Shown here one piece after another: positions 1 to 9,305 of a DNA stretch of 64,000 nucleotides. The stretch's first letter is position 1; each line of letters starts with the position of its first letter. The DNA lies in contig CBDBBI010000010.1 of NCBI GenBank assembly GCA_965202625.1, positions 256,001 to 320,000 of the forward strand, written 5' to 3'. Position numbers and translations under genes: made by a program. Under the pieces are notes generated by a model. The model was given only the letters and a program-made list of their open reading frames with translations. It made no database searches and was not told the origin of the DNA. This DNA is from a bacterium (lineage in GTDB: Bacteria; UBA8248).

Positions 1-70
1 CGCCGACTCACCGAGGTGGGGAAGGCGCGGAGAATGTCGTAATGCGTTCTGGGAATTTCCGCCCCGGAGG

Positions 71-99
71 TTGACGCTTCGGGCTTGCCGAATTATGGT
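71..99 (+). promoter_or_regulatory. Putative sigma70 promoter of the aroF leader
   Basis: TTGACG (71-76), 17 nt spacer, TATGGT (94-99), upstream of the leader ORF. Confidence 0.55.
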
Positions 100-168
100 C
101 TCCCCCCCTTTTGAGGAGAGGCTGGAGAGGAAATCGGGGTTTTTGTAGAGGAGCCAAAGGACAGCGTG

Positions 169-246
169 ATGCGGGCGATGCGGGGATTGGTCGGCGGGTA
201 TTTCTTTTTCGGCTTTATCACCGTCCGTCCGCCTGCCGTTTTATAA
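169..246 (+). CDS. Tyr/Phe-rich attenuator leader peptide (MRAMRGLVGGYFFFGFITVRPPAVL)
   Basis: ATG at 169 after GAGGAG/AAGGA; codon run TAT TTC TTT TTC GGC TTT; TAA 244-246; directly upstream of DAHP synthase; followed by alternative hairpins. Confidence 0.75.
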   Translation: MRAMRGLVGGYFFFGFITVRPPAVL

Positions 247-299
247 AAAAAAAGACGGCGGCGGACGGACAGCCCGCCGCGAACAGATAGCAGAAACGT

Positions 300-330
300 T
301 CGCCGTGGGTCGCCTCACGGCGATTTTTTT
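300..330 (+). terminator. Attenuator terminator upstream of aroF
   Basis: Stem CGCCGTG(301-307)/CACGGCG(316-322) followed by ATTTTTTT. Confidence 0.8.
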
Positions 331-370
331 AGAATGGCGCGGGACGTCCCGCCTGGGAAGGAGATCGGAT

Positions 371-1390
371 TTGATTATCGTGATGAAACAAAGCGCCACT
401 GAGGATGAGATACGAAGCGCCGTCAGAAGCATCAACGAACTCGGCTACAAAGAGCATGTGATGAAGGGGGTGGAGCGCACGGTGATTGGCGCCATCGGGG
501 ATGAGCGCGGGAAATACATGCTGGAGTCGCTCGCCTCGCTGAATGGCGTGGAAAACGTGATGCCCATCTTGAAGCCTTTCAAACTGGCGAGCGCGGAGGG
601 CAGGAGCGATCGCAGCCAGTTGCCGATGGGCGAGGGGGTGCGCATCGGCGGTGAGCGGCTCGTCGTTATTGGCGGGCCATGCTCGGTGGAGAGCAGGGAG
701 CAGATCATAGAATCCGCTGAGGCGGTGAAGAGGGGCGGCGGCCACGTTCTGAGAGGAGGTGCCTATAAGCCGCGCACGTCGCCATACAGCTTTCAGGGCA
801 TGGAGGAGGAGGGTCTCAAACTCCTCGCGGAGGCGCGCGAGAAGACGGGGCTTCCCATTCAGACGGAGGTGATGGATTCAGAGGACATAGAGGTGTGCTG
901 CGCGTATGCGGACGTGCTCCAAATCGGCGCGCGCAACGTGCAGAATTTCTCTTTGCTGAAAAAGGTGGGCAAGACGAACAAAACCATTTTCCTCAAGCGC
1001 GGCATGTCCACGACGCTGGAGGAGCTTCTGATGTCGGCCGAATACGTCATGAGCCAGGGAAACCCGAACGTCGTGCTGTGCGAGAGGGGGATACGGACGT
1101 TCGAGACGTCTATGCGCAACACGTTGGACATCAGCGCCGTGCCCGCCCTCAAGGAGCAGACGCATTTGCCGGTCGTGGTGGACCCAAGCCATGCGGCGGG
1201 TGCCTGGCGGTTTGTCGGATCGCTGGCGAAGGCGGCCGTGGCCGTTGGGGCGGACGGCTTGATGCTCGAAATGCACCCCGCGCCCGAGAAGGCGATGAGC
1301 GATGGAGCGCAATCGCTCAGGCCGCAGAGGTTCGCCGCGTTGCTCCAGGAGCTGAAGGCGTTCGCAGAGGCCGCCGGACGCACCCTCTAA
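371..1390 (+). CDS. aroF: 3-deoxy-7-phosphoheptulonate (DAHP) synthase, class I-beta, with N-terminal regulatory domain
   Basis: GPCSVES, RGGAYKPRTSPYSFQG, KRG, CERGIRTFE and VDPSH motifs; probable TTG start (MIIVMK) after GGAAGGAG. Confidence 0.95.
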   Translation: MIIVMKQSATEDEIRSAVRSINELGYKEHVMKGVERTVIGAIGDERGKYMLESLASLNGVENVMPILKPFKLASAEGRSDRSQLPMGEGVRIGGERLVVIGGPCSVESREQIIESAEAVKRGGGHVLRGGAYKPRTSPYSFQGMEEEGLKLLAEAREKTGLPIQTEVMDSEDIEVCCAYADVLQIGARNVQNFSLLKKVGKTNKTIFLKRGMSTTLEELLMSAEYVMSQGNPNVVLCERGIRTFETSMRNTLDISAVPALKEQTHLPVVVDPSHAAGAWRFVGSLAKAAVAVGADGLMLEMHPAPEKAMSDGAQSLRPQRFAALLQELKAFAEAAGRTL

Positions 1391-1391
1391 C

Positions 1392-2261
1392 ATGTCGATT
1401 CTCTTCGTTTTTGTGGACGGCTTGGGAATCGCTCCCCCGGGGCCGGGAAATCCTCTCTCCCGCCTGACGGAGCCTCCGCTGGGCCCGTTGGGCGGAAAGC
1501 CGGCGCAAGGTTTTTCGCTTATCGAGGCGGACGCCTGTCTCGGCGTTGAGGGCGTCCCCCAAAGCGCGACGGGAGGGACGGCGCTGTTCACGGGCGTGAA
1601 CGCGCCCCAACTTGAGGGGGGGCACCGTCAGGGTCTGCCGAACACGCGGTTGCGCCATATCTTGTGCAGAAACGGCCTGCTCAGGCGTGCCCGGGAGAGG
1701 GGCGCGCTCGTCGGGTTCGCCAACGCATATACGCCTCGTTTTTTTGCGCGTCGCCGAAGCCGCAGGCGTTCGGTAACCACGGTGATGGCGGAAAGCGCGG
1801 GAATTTCGCTCAACCGTCTGGACGATCTCCTTGACGGAAGAGCCGTTTATCGAGACTACACGAACGGGAGCGTCGCCGGGCAGGGCCACGAGATAAGAAC
1901 AATAGACGCACAAGAGGCGGGCGGCCGCCTTGGAGAGTTGGCGAAGAGAGCGGATTTGCTGATCTATGAATTTTTTCATACCGATCATGTCGGGCACCGG
2001 GGCGGGCCGGACGACGCTTTTGCTGTTTTGGCGGACTTGAACCGGTTTTTGCGCGCCGCGTTGCGGCGTATGGACCCGGCGGAGGATACGTTCATCTTGA
2101 GCAGCGATCACGGAAACGTGGAGGATATGAAAACGTCCTCCCACACGAGAAACCCCGTCCCGATACTTCTGTATGGCAAATATGCGGAGAACCTGCTTGC
2201 GGGGGCGAGCAGTCCGAGCATCTGCCATGTGACGCCCTCGATTCTTTCCATCGTTACATAA
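1392..2261 (+). CDS. Alkaline-phosphatase-superfamily metalloenzyme (cofactor-independent phosphoglycerate mutase/phosphopentomutase-like)
   Basis: FVDGLG, PQSATG (phospho-Ser), DHVGH, SDHGN and HTRNPVP metal-binding motifs. Confidence 0.8.
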   Translation: MSILFVFVDGLGIAPPGPGNPLSRLTEPPLGPLGGKPAQGFSLIEADACLGVEGVPQSATGGTALFTGVNAPQLEGGHRQGLPNTRLRHILCRNGLLRRARERGALVGFANAYTPRFFARRRSRRRSVTTVMAESAGISLNRLDDLLDGRAVYRDYTNGSVAGQGHEIRTIDAQEAGGRLGELAKRADLLIYEFFHTDHVGHRGGPDDAFAVLADLNRFLRAALRRMDPAEDTFILSSDHGNVEDMKTSSHTRNPVPILLYGKYAENLLAGASSPSICHVTPSILSIVT

Positions 2262-2292
2262 AAAGGCGTCAACGCCTCTTCTTTCTCACGTG

Positions 2293-2321
2293 TTGACTTT
2301 CCAGGCAGTCGCGCATATAAT
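2293..2321 (+). promoter_or_regulatory. sigma70 promoter for rodZ-mfd
   Basis: TTGACT, 17 nt spacer, TATAAT. Confidence 0.7.
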
Positions 2322-2362
2322 CATACTTCTGTTCAACGTAAGTTATTTCTAGAATTGGGTAA

Positions 2363-3373
2363 ATGGGCAAAAATACGGACGTGCCGCGGATAGAGAAGGG
2401 GGGGTTGGGGTCTTTTCTCAAAAGAGCCCGTGAGCAGAGGAGTATATCCCTCCGCTACGTGTCTGACTGCACGAAAATCAGGACCTACTATCTGGAAAGC
2501 TTGGAAAACAGCGAGTTGGATCGGTTGCCGTCCGGACCGGTGGGGGTGGGGTTCGTTCGCGCTTTTGCGGATGCGATTGGCGTGGATGCGGACGTCGTCG
2601 TGACAGCCTATAAGCAGGAGACTTCGATCGAACGCCCCTCGGATGTGCCTGAGCCTGCGTCAAATTCCCAACCCTTCCGCATCCTACCCCCCTATGCGAA
2701 TCGCGTTTTGCCTATCGTATCCGTCGTCTCCATCCTGCTTTTGCTCCTTGCCAGCGGTGGGTTTTTCTGGTTCGTGAAAGGAAGGACGGAATCGTTTACG
2801 GACCCGCTTGTCAAGAGAGTAAAAATTGCGCTTGTGCCTGGGACGAATGGGCAGGTGCGCCTAGAAAGCGGGCGCGGCAAGGAGAACAACAACAACGGCG
2901 CGAATAGCACAGGGCGAGAGGTTGGCGTCGTTGAGGGGAGCGAGGTTTCTGAAGAGGCGGGCTCTGCCGCCTCGGCCGGGAGTTTGCAGGTTTATTCAAA
3001 TGGGGAGGAAGGGGGCATTTCCACCAAGGAAAACGCTACGGCCGCAAAGAAAGTTGCCCTCAACGTCCCTTTAAATGGAGACGATGCGCCACAAGGCGAG
3101 CTGATGCCGGCGGCTCCTGAGGCAATTTCGTTGACGTTGAGGGTCGTGGCGATAGAGGATACGTGGCTGCGAATCGTGGTTGACGCGAAAAGCACGCAGG
3201 AACTTCTCTTGTTGGCGGGCCAAGAGAGAAACTGGGACGCGTTGGAGAAATTCGTGGTCACCGTAGGCAACGTGGTGGGAACGCAGATGTACCTGAACGG
3301 CGCAAGCATTCCATTGCAAAGCACTGATAACGTGCTGAGGGATTTTCCCATCACCAAGGAATCTCTGAATTAG
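2363..3373 (+). CDS. rodZ: RodZ-family cytoskeleton protein (HTH, TM helix, DUF4115)
   Basis: N-terminal LKRARE...TKIR..YLESLE HTH, one TM segment, C-terminal TWLRIVVD...VGN..G domain. Confidence 0.85.
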   Translation: MGKNTDVPRIEKGGLGSFLKRAREQRSISLRYVSDCTKIRTYYLESLENSELDRLPSGPVGVGFVRAFADAIGVDADVVVTAYKQETSIERPSDVPEPASNSQPFRILPPYANRVLPIVSVVSILLLLLASGGFFWFVKGRTESFTDPLVKRVKIALVPGTNGQVRLESGRGKENNNNGANSTGREVGVVEGSEVSEEAGSAASAGSLQVYSNGEEGGISTKENATAAKKVALNVPLNGDDAPQGELMPAAPEAISLTLRVVAIEDTWLRIVVDAKSTQELLLLAGQERNWDALEKFVVTVGNVVGTQMYLNGASIPLQSTDNVLRDFPITKESLN

Positions 3374-3429
3374 CCGTTTACTATCCGAAGTTTTTATGAC
3401 CTCCGAAGTCTCCACCCCGTTTCAGCCGT

Positions 3430-6400
3430 TTGTCGCCTGGTGCCATTCAAAACCTGAAGTCTCGTATGATAGATAAATCTTTCTTGTCGCCCGGAACGTC
3501 GGAGGAGAAGGCGTGGGTGCGCCTGCGTGGTGCGAATGAGGCGACTATTGCCTGGTGGCTCGCCTGGCTCGCGCGCGAAAACCCGGGTCCCGTTATTTTC
3601 GTCGAGGAGAATCAGCGTCGCCTCAAGACGATCGAGACGAACTTTAACATGTTCGTCGGCGCTTCGGGCGCGCGGGGCTTTCTGCCAGTATTTGTCTTTC
3701 CTTCCTGGGATGCGTATCCGTTCTCTAGGTTGTCTCCATCCAGTGAAGTCGTCGGCGAGAGGATGGCCGCGTTGCAGTTCTTGCGCGAGGGAGGACGGGG
3801 CGTCGTGCTGACGACGGCGTCGGCGATAGGCGCGAGAATGCCTCCGCCCGCTCGGTTGGACGACGCCATGATCCGCCTGCGCGAGGGGATGGCGATCGAG
3901 TGGGATGAACTGATGGGGTCGCTCGAATCGTTGATGTATCAAAGAAGGTCGGTGGTTGAATCCCCCGGAGATTACGCGGTGCGGGGCGGCATTCTGGATT
4001 TTTTCTCCCCCCAGAACGCCCATCCGACGCGCCTGGAGTTTCGAGGCGACGAGCTGGACTCCCTGCGAAATTTTAATCCACAGACCCAGCGAAATCTGGA
4101 CACGCTCCAGAGCGTGGACGTTTTCCCGTCGAGGGAGATTGTTCTCTCGCCGGACGAGCTGGAAAGGGGCCGCCGTGCCATTTTGGAGGCCGTCGCGCCC
4201 GAGACGAGACAAAGAACGGAGCGCCTCCTTGAATACCTGGATGCGGATAGATACTTCCCGGGCATGGAGGGGCTCGCGCCACTTTTTTTGTCCAAGATGA
4301 CGACGTTGTTCGATGTGGCGCCAGGCGATGCGTTGTGGATTTTGAATGAGCCGGAAGCCCTGAACGAGGCGATGGAGCAGTCGTGGAGCGAGATCTGCGA
4401 GGAGGCGCGCCTCGCACCCGAGAGGGGCCTCATCTCTTTTGCTCCCGAGCTTTTATGGCTCAGACCCGGGGAGATTCGAGAAGAGTTGTCCATCTGGCCG
4501 CGCCTTGAGTTCGATTCCCTGGGGCTTGACGCCGCCAACGCGGAAGAAGAAGAGGCCTCGCGCGCGCGCGAGGAGGAGGAGAATACCCTCTCTGCGGAGA
4601 TTATCAATCCCTTCCGTGGGCGCGTGGAGGCGTTCATCGCGCAACTGCGTTCGTGGAGGCGCGAAGATGAAAGCATCGTCATCACGGCGCAGGAGAAGAC
4701 CCTCGCGCTGAGGATACAGGCGTTGCTGCGCGAGCATGAGCTGGGCGTAAGAATTTTGCCGCAGGGCGTTTCGCTCATGGATGAGCGGCCCGACGTCGTT
4801 TTAGTCGAAGGCAAGCTCAGCGCTAGTTTCCGACTCCCAGTGGAGAGGAGGATTTTCTTTCGTGCGGAGGATTTGCTGGTCGGCGCCTTGGGGGGAGATT
4901 CGCGCCGCCTCCCTCCGTCAAGGCCCGGCGAGGGTTTCAAGGATTTGAACGAAAAGGATTTGGTGGTGCACGTGGAGCATGGCGTGGGCCGCTACGTGGG
5001 CACGCGCGTCATCGCGCATCAAGACGGAGAGAGTGAATTCCTCACCCTACAATACGCGGGCAGCGACAAACTGTATGTTCCAATGGACGACGTCGAGAGC
5101 ATCCACAAGTATCGCGGAGCAGGCGCTGCGCCGCCTTTGGATAGGCTGGGGGGAAGCCGCTGGAGCAAGGCGAAGAAAAACGTTAAGAGGAGGCTTCGAA
5201 GCGTCGCCCGTGATCTGGTGCGCCTCTATTCCGAGCGAAACGCCGCCAAAGGGTATGCCTTCTCAGGGGACAGCGCGTTCGATCGTGAAATATCTGACGG
5301 CTTCGATTTCGAGGAGACGCCCGATCAGGAGCAGGCCATTCGCGCCGTTTTGGAGGATATGGAGCGTGCCCAGCCGATGGATCGCCTCGTTTGCGGAGAC
5401 GTGGGGTATGGAAAAACGGAGGTGGCCCTCCGCGCCGCCGCCAGGGCGATTTCGGCCGGTAAGCAGGTCGCCGTCATTGTACCGACGACGCTGTTGGCCC
5501 ATCAGCATTGGGACACGTTCCGGAGGAGGTTCGAGAAACTACCGGTTCGCGTCGAGATGCTCTCTCGCTTCAGGAGCCGTAAGGCACAGGGCGAGGTGGT
5601 CGAGGGCCTCTCCCGTGGGGGCGTGGATATCGTGGTGGGCACCCATCGGCTGTTGCAGAAGGGGGTATCGTTTCATGACCTGGGACTCTTGGTCATCGAC
5701 GAGGAGCATCGCTTTGGCGTCTCCCACAAGGAAAAGATCAAGAAGCTTCGCGTCAACGTGGACGTTCTGACGCTGACCGCCACGCCTATTCCGAGAACGT
5801 TACAGATGGCGCTGTCCGGAACGCGCGACTTGAGCGTCATCGAAACGCCTCCGCGCCACAGGGTCGCGCCGCGCACGTATATCTCCCGCTTCAGCGAAAG
5901 GTTGATCAAGGAGGCTATCACGAAGGAAATCGACCGGGGGGGACAGGCGTTTTTCGTGCACAATCGGGTGCGCAGCCTTCCCGCCATGCGCCGGCTTCTT
6001 GCCAGATTGTTGCCGGACGCACGCATCCTGGTGGGGCACGGCCAGATGAAGGAGCGAGAACTGGAGGAGGTGATGGAGCAGTTCGTGACCCGTCGAGCTG
6101 ACGTTCTGCTCTGCACGACGATTATCGAAAGCGGACTCGACATTCCCTCGGTGAACACGATCTTGATCCATCGGGCGGACATGTTCGGCATGGCGCAACT
6201 ATACCAGTTGCGCGGTCGGGTGGGACGCGACCGTTTTCAGTCCCACGCCTATCTTTTGGTGTCGGGTGCGGAATCCTTGACGAAGCAGGCAAAGGAGCGG
6301 TTGCGGGCGCTGGAGGAGTTGAGCGAACTGGGGGACGGCTTCAAACTGTCCATGCGGGATTTGGAAATTCGCGGCGCCGGACACTTGCTGGGGCATCGGC

Positions 6401-6945
6401 AAGCAGGACAAATCTCCGCCGTGGGGTTTGACATGTATTGTCGACTGTTGGAGGAGGTTGTTCAGGAGACGAAGGGTGCGCGCATCGATCGCCACGAGCC
6501 CGATATAGTCGCGCCGGTGGCGGGTGCGCTGCCCCCTTCATGGATTTCGGGCCAGGCAGAGCGCTTGGACGTGTATCGCAGAATCGCCTCGGCGCGGGGG
6601 CCAGGCGAGTTGAGAGAATTGGCAGTCGAGCTCAGGGATAAATTCGGGGAAATGCCGATTCGCGCTCTCCATCTTCTGCAGTTGGGGGAAATTCGCTTGC
6701 GCGCCCGTCTTTGCGGAATTAAATCCCTCCACCTTCGGGGCAAGGAGGCGCACCTGGAGGTTTTTCCAGGAGATTACGAATTAACGGCCGCTTTTTTGGA
6801 CGTGCCGGGGATGACGTTCACCGATGCGCACGCTTTTCGGGCGTCCATCAGCGGTCGTTGGCCCGAAGATTTTGACTTTCTCGTCCAAGTCTTGGATGCT
6901 TTGGAGGTATGCAAGGTGTCCGAAGGCGAGTGGGCGGCGGAATAG
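3430..6945 (+). CDS. mfd: Transcription-repair coupling factor
   Basis: UvrB-like N-terminus, CarD-like RID, GDVGYGKT, DEEHRFG, TATPIPRT, QLRGRVGR, TRG motif. Confidence 0.97.
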   Translation: MSPGAIQNLKSRMIDKSFLSPGTSEEKAWVRLRGANEATIAWWLAWLARENPGPVIFVEENQRRLKTIETNFNMFVGASGARGFLPVFVFPSWDAYPFSRLSPSSEVVGERMAALQFLREGGRGVVLTTASAIGARMPPPARLDDAMIRLREGMAIEWDELMGSLESLMYQRRSVVESPGDYAVRGGILDFFSPQNAHPTRLEFRGDELDSLRNFNPQTQRNLDTLQSVDVFPSREIVLSPDELERGRRAILEAVAPETRQRTERLLEYLDADRYFPGMEGLAPLFLSKMTTLFDVAPGDALWILNEPEALNEAMEQSWSEICEEARLAPERGLISFAPELLWLRPGEIREELSIWPRLEFDSLGLDAANAEEEEASRAREEEENTLSAEIINPFRGRVEAFIAQLRSWRREDESIVITAQEKTLALRIQALLREHELGVRILPQGVSLMDERPDVVLVEGKLSASFRLPVERRIFFRAEDLLVGALGGDSRRLPPSRPGEGFKDLNEKDLVVHVEHGVGRYVGTRVIAHQDGESEFLTLQYAGSDKLYVPMDDVESIHKYRGAGAAPPLDRLGGSRWSKAKKNVKRRLRSVARDLVRLYSERNAAKGYAFSGDSAFDREISDGFDFEETPDQEQAIRAVLEDMERAQPMDRLVCGDVGYGKTEVALRAAARAISAGKQVAVIVPTTLLAHQHWDTFRRRFEKLPVRVEMLSRFRSRKAQGEVVEGLSRGGVDIVVGTHRLLQKGVSFHDLGLLVIDEEHRFGVSHKEKIKKLRVNVDVLTLTATPIPRTLQMALSGTRDLSVIETPPRHRVAPRTYISRFSERLIKEAITKEIDRGGQAFFVHNRVRSLPAMRRLLARLLPDARILVGHGQMKERELEEVMEQFVTRRADVLLCTTIIESGLDIPSVNTILIHRADMFGMAQLYQLRGRVGRDRFQSHAYLLVSGAESLTKQAKERLRALEELSELGDGFKLSMRDLEIRGAGHLLGHRQAGQISAVGFDMYCRLLEEVVQETKGARIDRHEPDIVAPVAGALPPSWISGQAERLDVYRRIASARGPGELRELAVELRDKFGEMPIRALHLLQLGEIRLRARLCGIKSLHLRGKEAHLEVFPGDYELTAAFLDVPGMTFTDAHAFRASISGRWPEDFDFLVQVLDALEVCKVSEGEWAAE

Positions 6946-6947
6946 AC

Positions 6948-7163
6948 ATGAGGCTCAATGCCATGGAGAGCGAGCGGAGCGCGCGGTGCCTGGTTTTTAA
7001 GCGGCGGGATCTGGTGGGTTTTCATTTGTCTGATGTGGCTCTTGTTCCTTGTTTTCTAGGCGGCTCGGTTATTTCACGCGGGTGTGGGGTGAGAAAAAAA
7101 TGTATTCTCCTCGCCGAGCTAAACGGCGAACCCATCACCAGGGTGCTGGTGAGCAGATTGTGA
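6948..7163 (+). pseudogene. Possible remnant of a second peptidyl-prolyl isomerase gene
   Basis: Hydrophobic stretch with GC, then ILLAELNGEPIT resembling the PpiC/SurA N-terminal motif (vlA.VNGe.IT), then an early stop. Confidence 0.4.
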
Positions 7164-7268
7164 ACAGGCGCCCCTTTCTGCCGTCCGTCTGAGGGGACAT
7201 TCGGTGTCAGTTGCTGGTGGACAAGGGACGAGAGAGGTTTCAGAATTGGCTGAGGAAACTGAGGCGAA

Positions 7269-8780
7269 ATGCGAAAATTCAATACCATTGGGGAAACCTT
7301 GAAAACCTCGCGTCTGGCTAAGAGTTTTGGTGTTTGGACTGCGGTTTTTTGTGCCTTTGCGGGGGGCGCGACGGCGGCGGTCGTGACGGTCGAGAGAATT
7401 ATCGCTAAGGTCAACGATGAGATCATCATGCTTTCCGAGCTTCAGGATTTCGTGAAGCCGCGCGTCGAGGAGTTGAGGAAGAACTATGCGGGAGAGGCAC
7501 TCAATAGCAGGATTCGTGAACTGGAGCTCGCCGCACTGGACGCCATGGTCGAGAAGAAGCTTATCTTGAAGCGCGCCGGCGTCATTGGGGCGAAAGTCGA
7601 CGAGAAAGAAATTGAAGGCGGCGTCACGCGCATCCTTCAGGAAAACAACATTACGACGGCTAGGCTGCGCGATATTTTGTCGGCGCAAGGCACGACTTTT
7701 GAGAAATATCGTGAGGACATACGTGAGCGGATATTGGCCCGGAAGGTGGAGCGTGCGGAGGTCGGCTTGCGCGTGCGCGTGGGGGAGCAGGAAGTTGCAG
7801 ACTATTATAACGCCCACGAGGACGACTACCGAGAGGGCGAGAGCAGGGTGGTCCGACAAATTTTCTTTCCCCTTGCCGAAGGAGCCTCCGCTCCGGAGGT
7901 GGAGGCGCAGCGGAAAAAGGCGACTCGCGCCTACGAGGAAGCGGCGAGACCGGATGCGGATTTCGCCCGAGTGGCTGCAAAGCGTTCACAAGGCCCCTCT
8001 AAGGGCCGGGGCGGATTGCTGGGCTCCTTGAAGAGGGGCGAGGTTTTTCCGGAGCTAGAACAACTCGTTTTCTCAGCGGAAGAGGGGAAGATAAGCAAGC
8101 CGACGAGAACGAGGGTTGGCTATCATGTCGTTCGCGTCGAGAAGGTGAATCCAGGAAAAACGATCAGCCTGGATCGCTTGGCGGGCAAGATTCGCGACAA
8201 ACTCTACGCGGAGAAATTCGTCAAGAGACGCCGTGAATGGATGGCGGATCTCAAGCGCAGCGCTTTTTTGGAAATCAGCTACGACCCCAAGACTCTGGGC
8301 AGCGGGCTCGCCTCCATCTCTCGGAACGTTCGCGAGCAGGTTACTTTCCGGCTGGTCGGCGTGCAGCTCAACGGATCCAGGGGCGTGTTTGGCCGCAGCT
8401 CCATTTTGTGGGCGTATGGCTCGAATCAGAGAGAGACGCGCTGGAAGTCCGATAAATTAAGCGTAGGCGCCCAAAGTCGTTTGGATAAGGACGCCATCGG
8501 TGCGTTGGCGCCAGGGCAGCGTCTGTTCGTCAATCCGGACCCGTCGGCGAACCTCTATTTGTTCGAGCATCGTTATTTGTTTCCTGACTCCTACATCGGG
8601 AAGGTGAATTTCGCGGACGTGATCAAGGCGTTCTCCCTCCAGTCCAGAGACCGGGGGGGAGGGGAAAAAATTGTGAAGATCGACTTTGATACCGATACGA
8701 AGTCCGCGCGGCTCGAGTTCGAAGTAGAGGTCGATATGATGCGCAGCATCGTGGCGGATCCCAAAAGAATCTCCCAGTGA
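7269..8780 (+). CDS. SurA/PpiC-type peptidyl-prolyl cis-trans isomerase with extra C-terminal domain
   Basis: Signal peptide, ERIIAKVNDEIIMLSEL, parvulin F..VA...SQGPS...GG.LG and GYHVV motifs; about 165 additional C-terminal residues. Confidence 0.85.
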   Translation: MRKFNTIGETLKTSRLAKSFGVWTAVFCAFAGGATAAVVTVERIIAKVNDEIIMLSELQDFVKPRVEELRKNYAGEALNSRIRELELAALDAMVEKKLILKRAGVIGAKVDEKEIEGGVTRILQENNITTARLRDILSAQGTTFEKYREDIRERILARKVERAEVGLRVRVGEQEVADYYNAHEDDYREGESRVVRQIFFPLAEGASAPEVEAQRKKATRAYEEAARPDADFARVAAKRSQGPSKGRGGLLGSLKRGEVFPELEQLVFSAEEGKISKPTRTRVGYHVVRVEKVNPGKTISLDRLAGKIRDKLYAEKFVKRRREWMADLKRSAFLEISYDPKTLGSGLASISRNVREQVTFRLVGVQLNGSRGVFGRSSILWAYGSNQRETRWKSDKLSVGAQSRLDKDAIGALAPGQRLFVNPDPSANLYLFEHRYLFPDSYIGKVNFADVIKAFSLQSRDRGGGEKIVKIDFDTDTKSARLEFEVEVDMMRSIVADPKRISQ

Positions 8781-9097
8781 CGATGCGCTTGGATCAGTTT
8801 TTGAGCCAGAGCCGCCTCGTGAAACGTCGGTCGCTCGCCAAGCGCTTGGTGGACGGGGGCGTCGTAAGCATTGAGGGCAGAGCGGCGAAAGCTTCCTCCC
8901 GAGTGGAAGTCGGAGACGTGCTCACAGTGCGGTTCGAGAGTAGGACGTTGCGAATTCGCGTGCTGGGTGAGGCGAATCGTCCCCTCTCGAAAGAGGGCGC
9001 CTCTGGCCAGTTCGAGGTTCTTGAGGAGTCGGTTCTCGCCGTTGATGAGACGAAAAACGCCTCGAACGCCCCGATGGATTTCTTGAAGCGCGCGTAA
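8777..9097 (+). CDS. S4-domain RNA-binding protein (Hsp15/YabO-like)
   Basis: MRLDQFL...LVKRRSLAK...G.V.I.G..AK.S..V.VGD. Confidence 0.88.
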   Translation: MTMRLDQFLSQSRLVKRRSLAKRLVDGGVVSIEGRAAKASSRVEVGDVLTVRFESRTLRIRVLGEANRPLSKEGASGQFEVLEESVLAVDETKNASNAPMDFLKRA

Positions 9098-9195
9098 ATC
9101 CGCCCTTGTCCTTCATAGAGAAGGCTGCTAGGCTTCGTGGCCGTCGCTTGATGCGCTTGCTTGCTATCGCCGGGCGGAAGATAAGGATGTGGCAG

Positions 9196-9237
9196 GTTCC
9201 CCTTTAATGCCGTCCTGTGAGGCGGCGAAGGAGGAAG
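9196..9237 (+). promoter_or_regulatory. PyrR-binding RNA element
   Basis: CCTTTAAT-GCCGTCCTGTGAGGCGGC-GAAGG matches the PyrR loop consensus (CUUUAA...GUCCnGnGAGG...AAGG); lies upstream of pyrR. Confidence 0.8.
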
Positions 9238-9274
9238 CGTCGGATGTTTTTGCTCTTTTCGTCCATTCTACGCG

Positions 9275-9305
9275 CTCCATGCCCTGATGGCATGGTGTTT
9301 TTTTT
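9275..9305 (+). terminator. pyr attenuator terminator
   Basis: CCATGCC-CTGAT-GGCATGG followed by TGTTTTTTTT. Confidence 0.8.
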
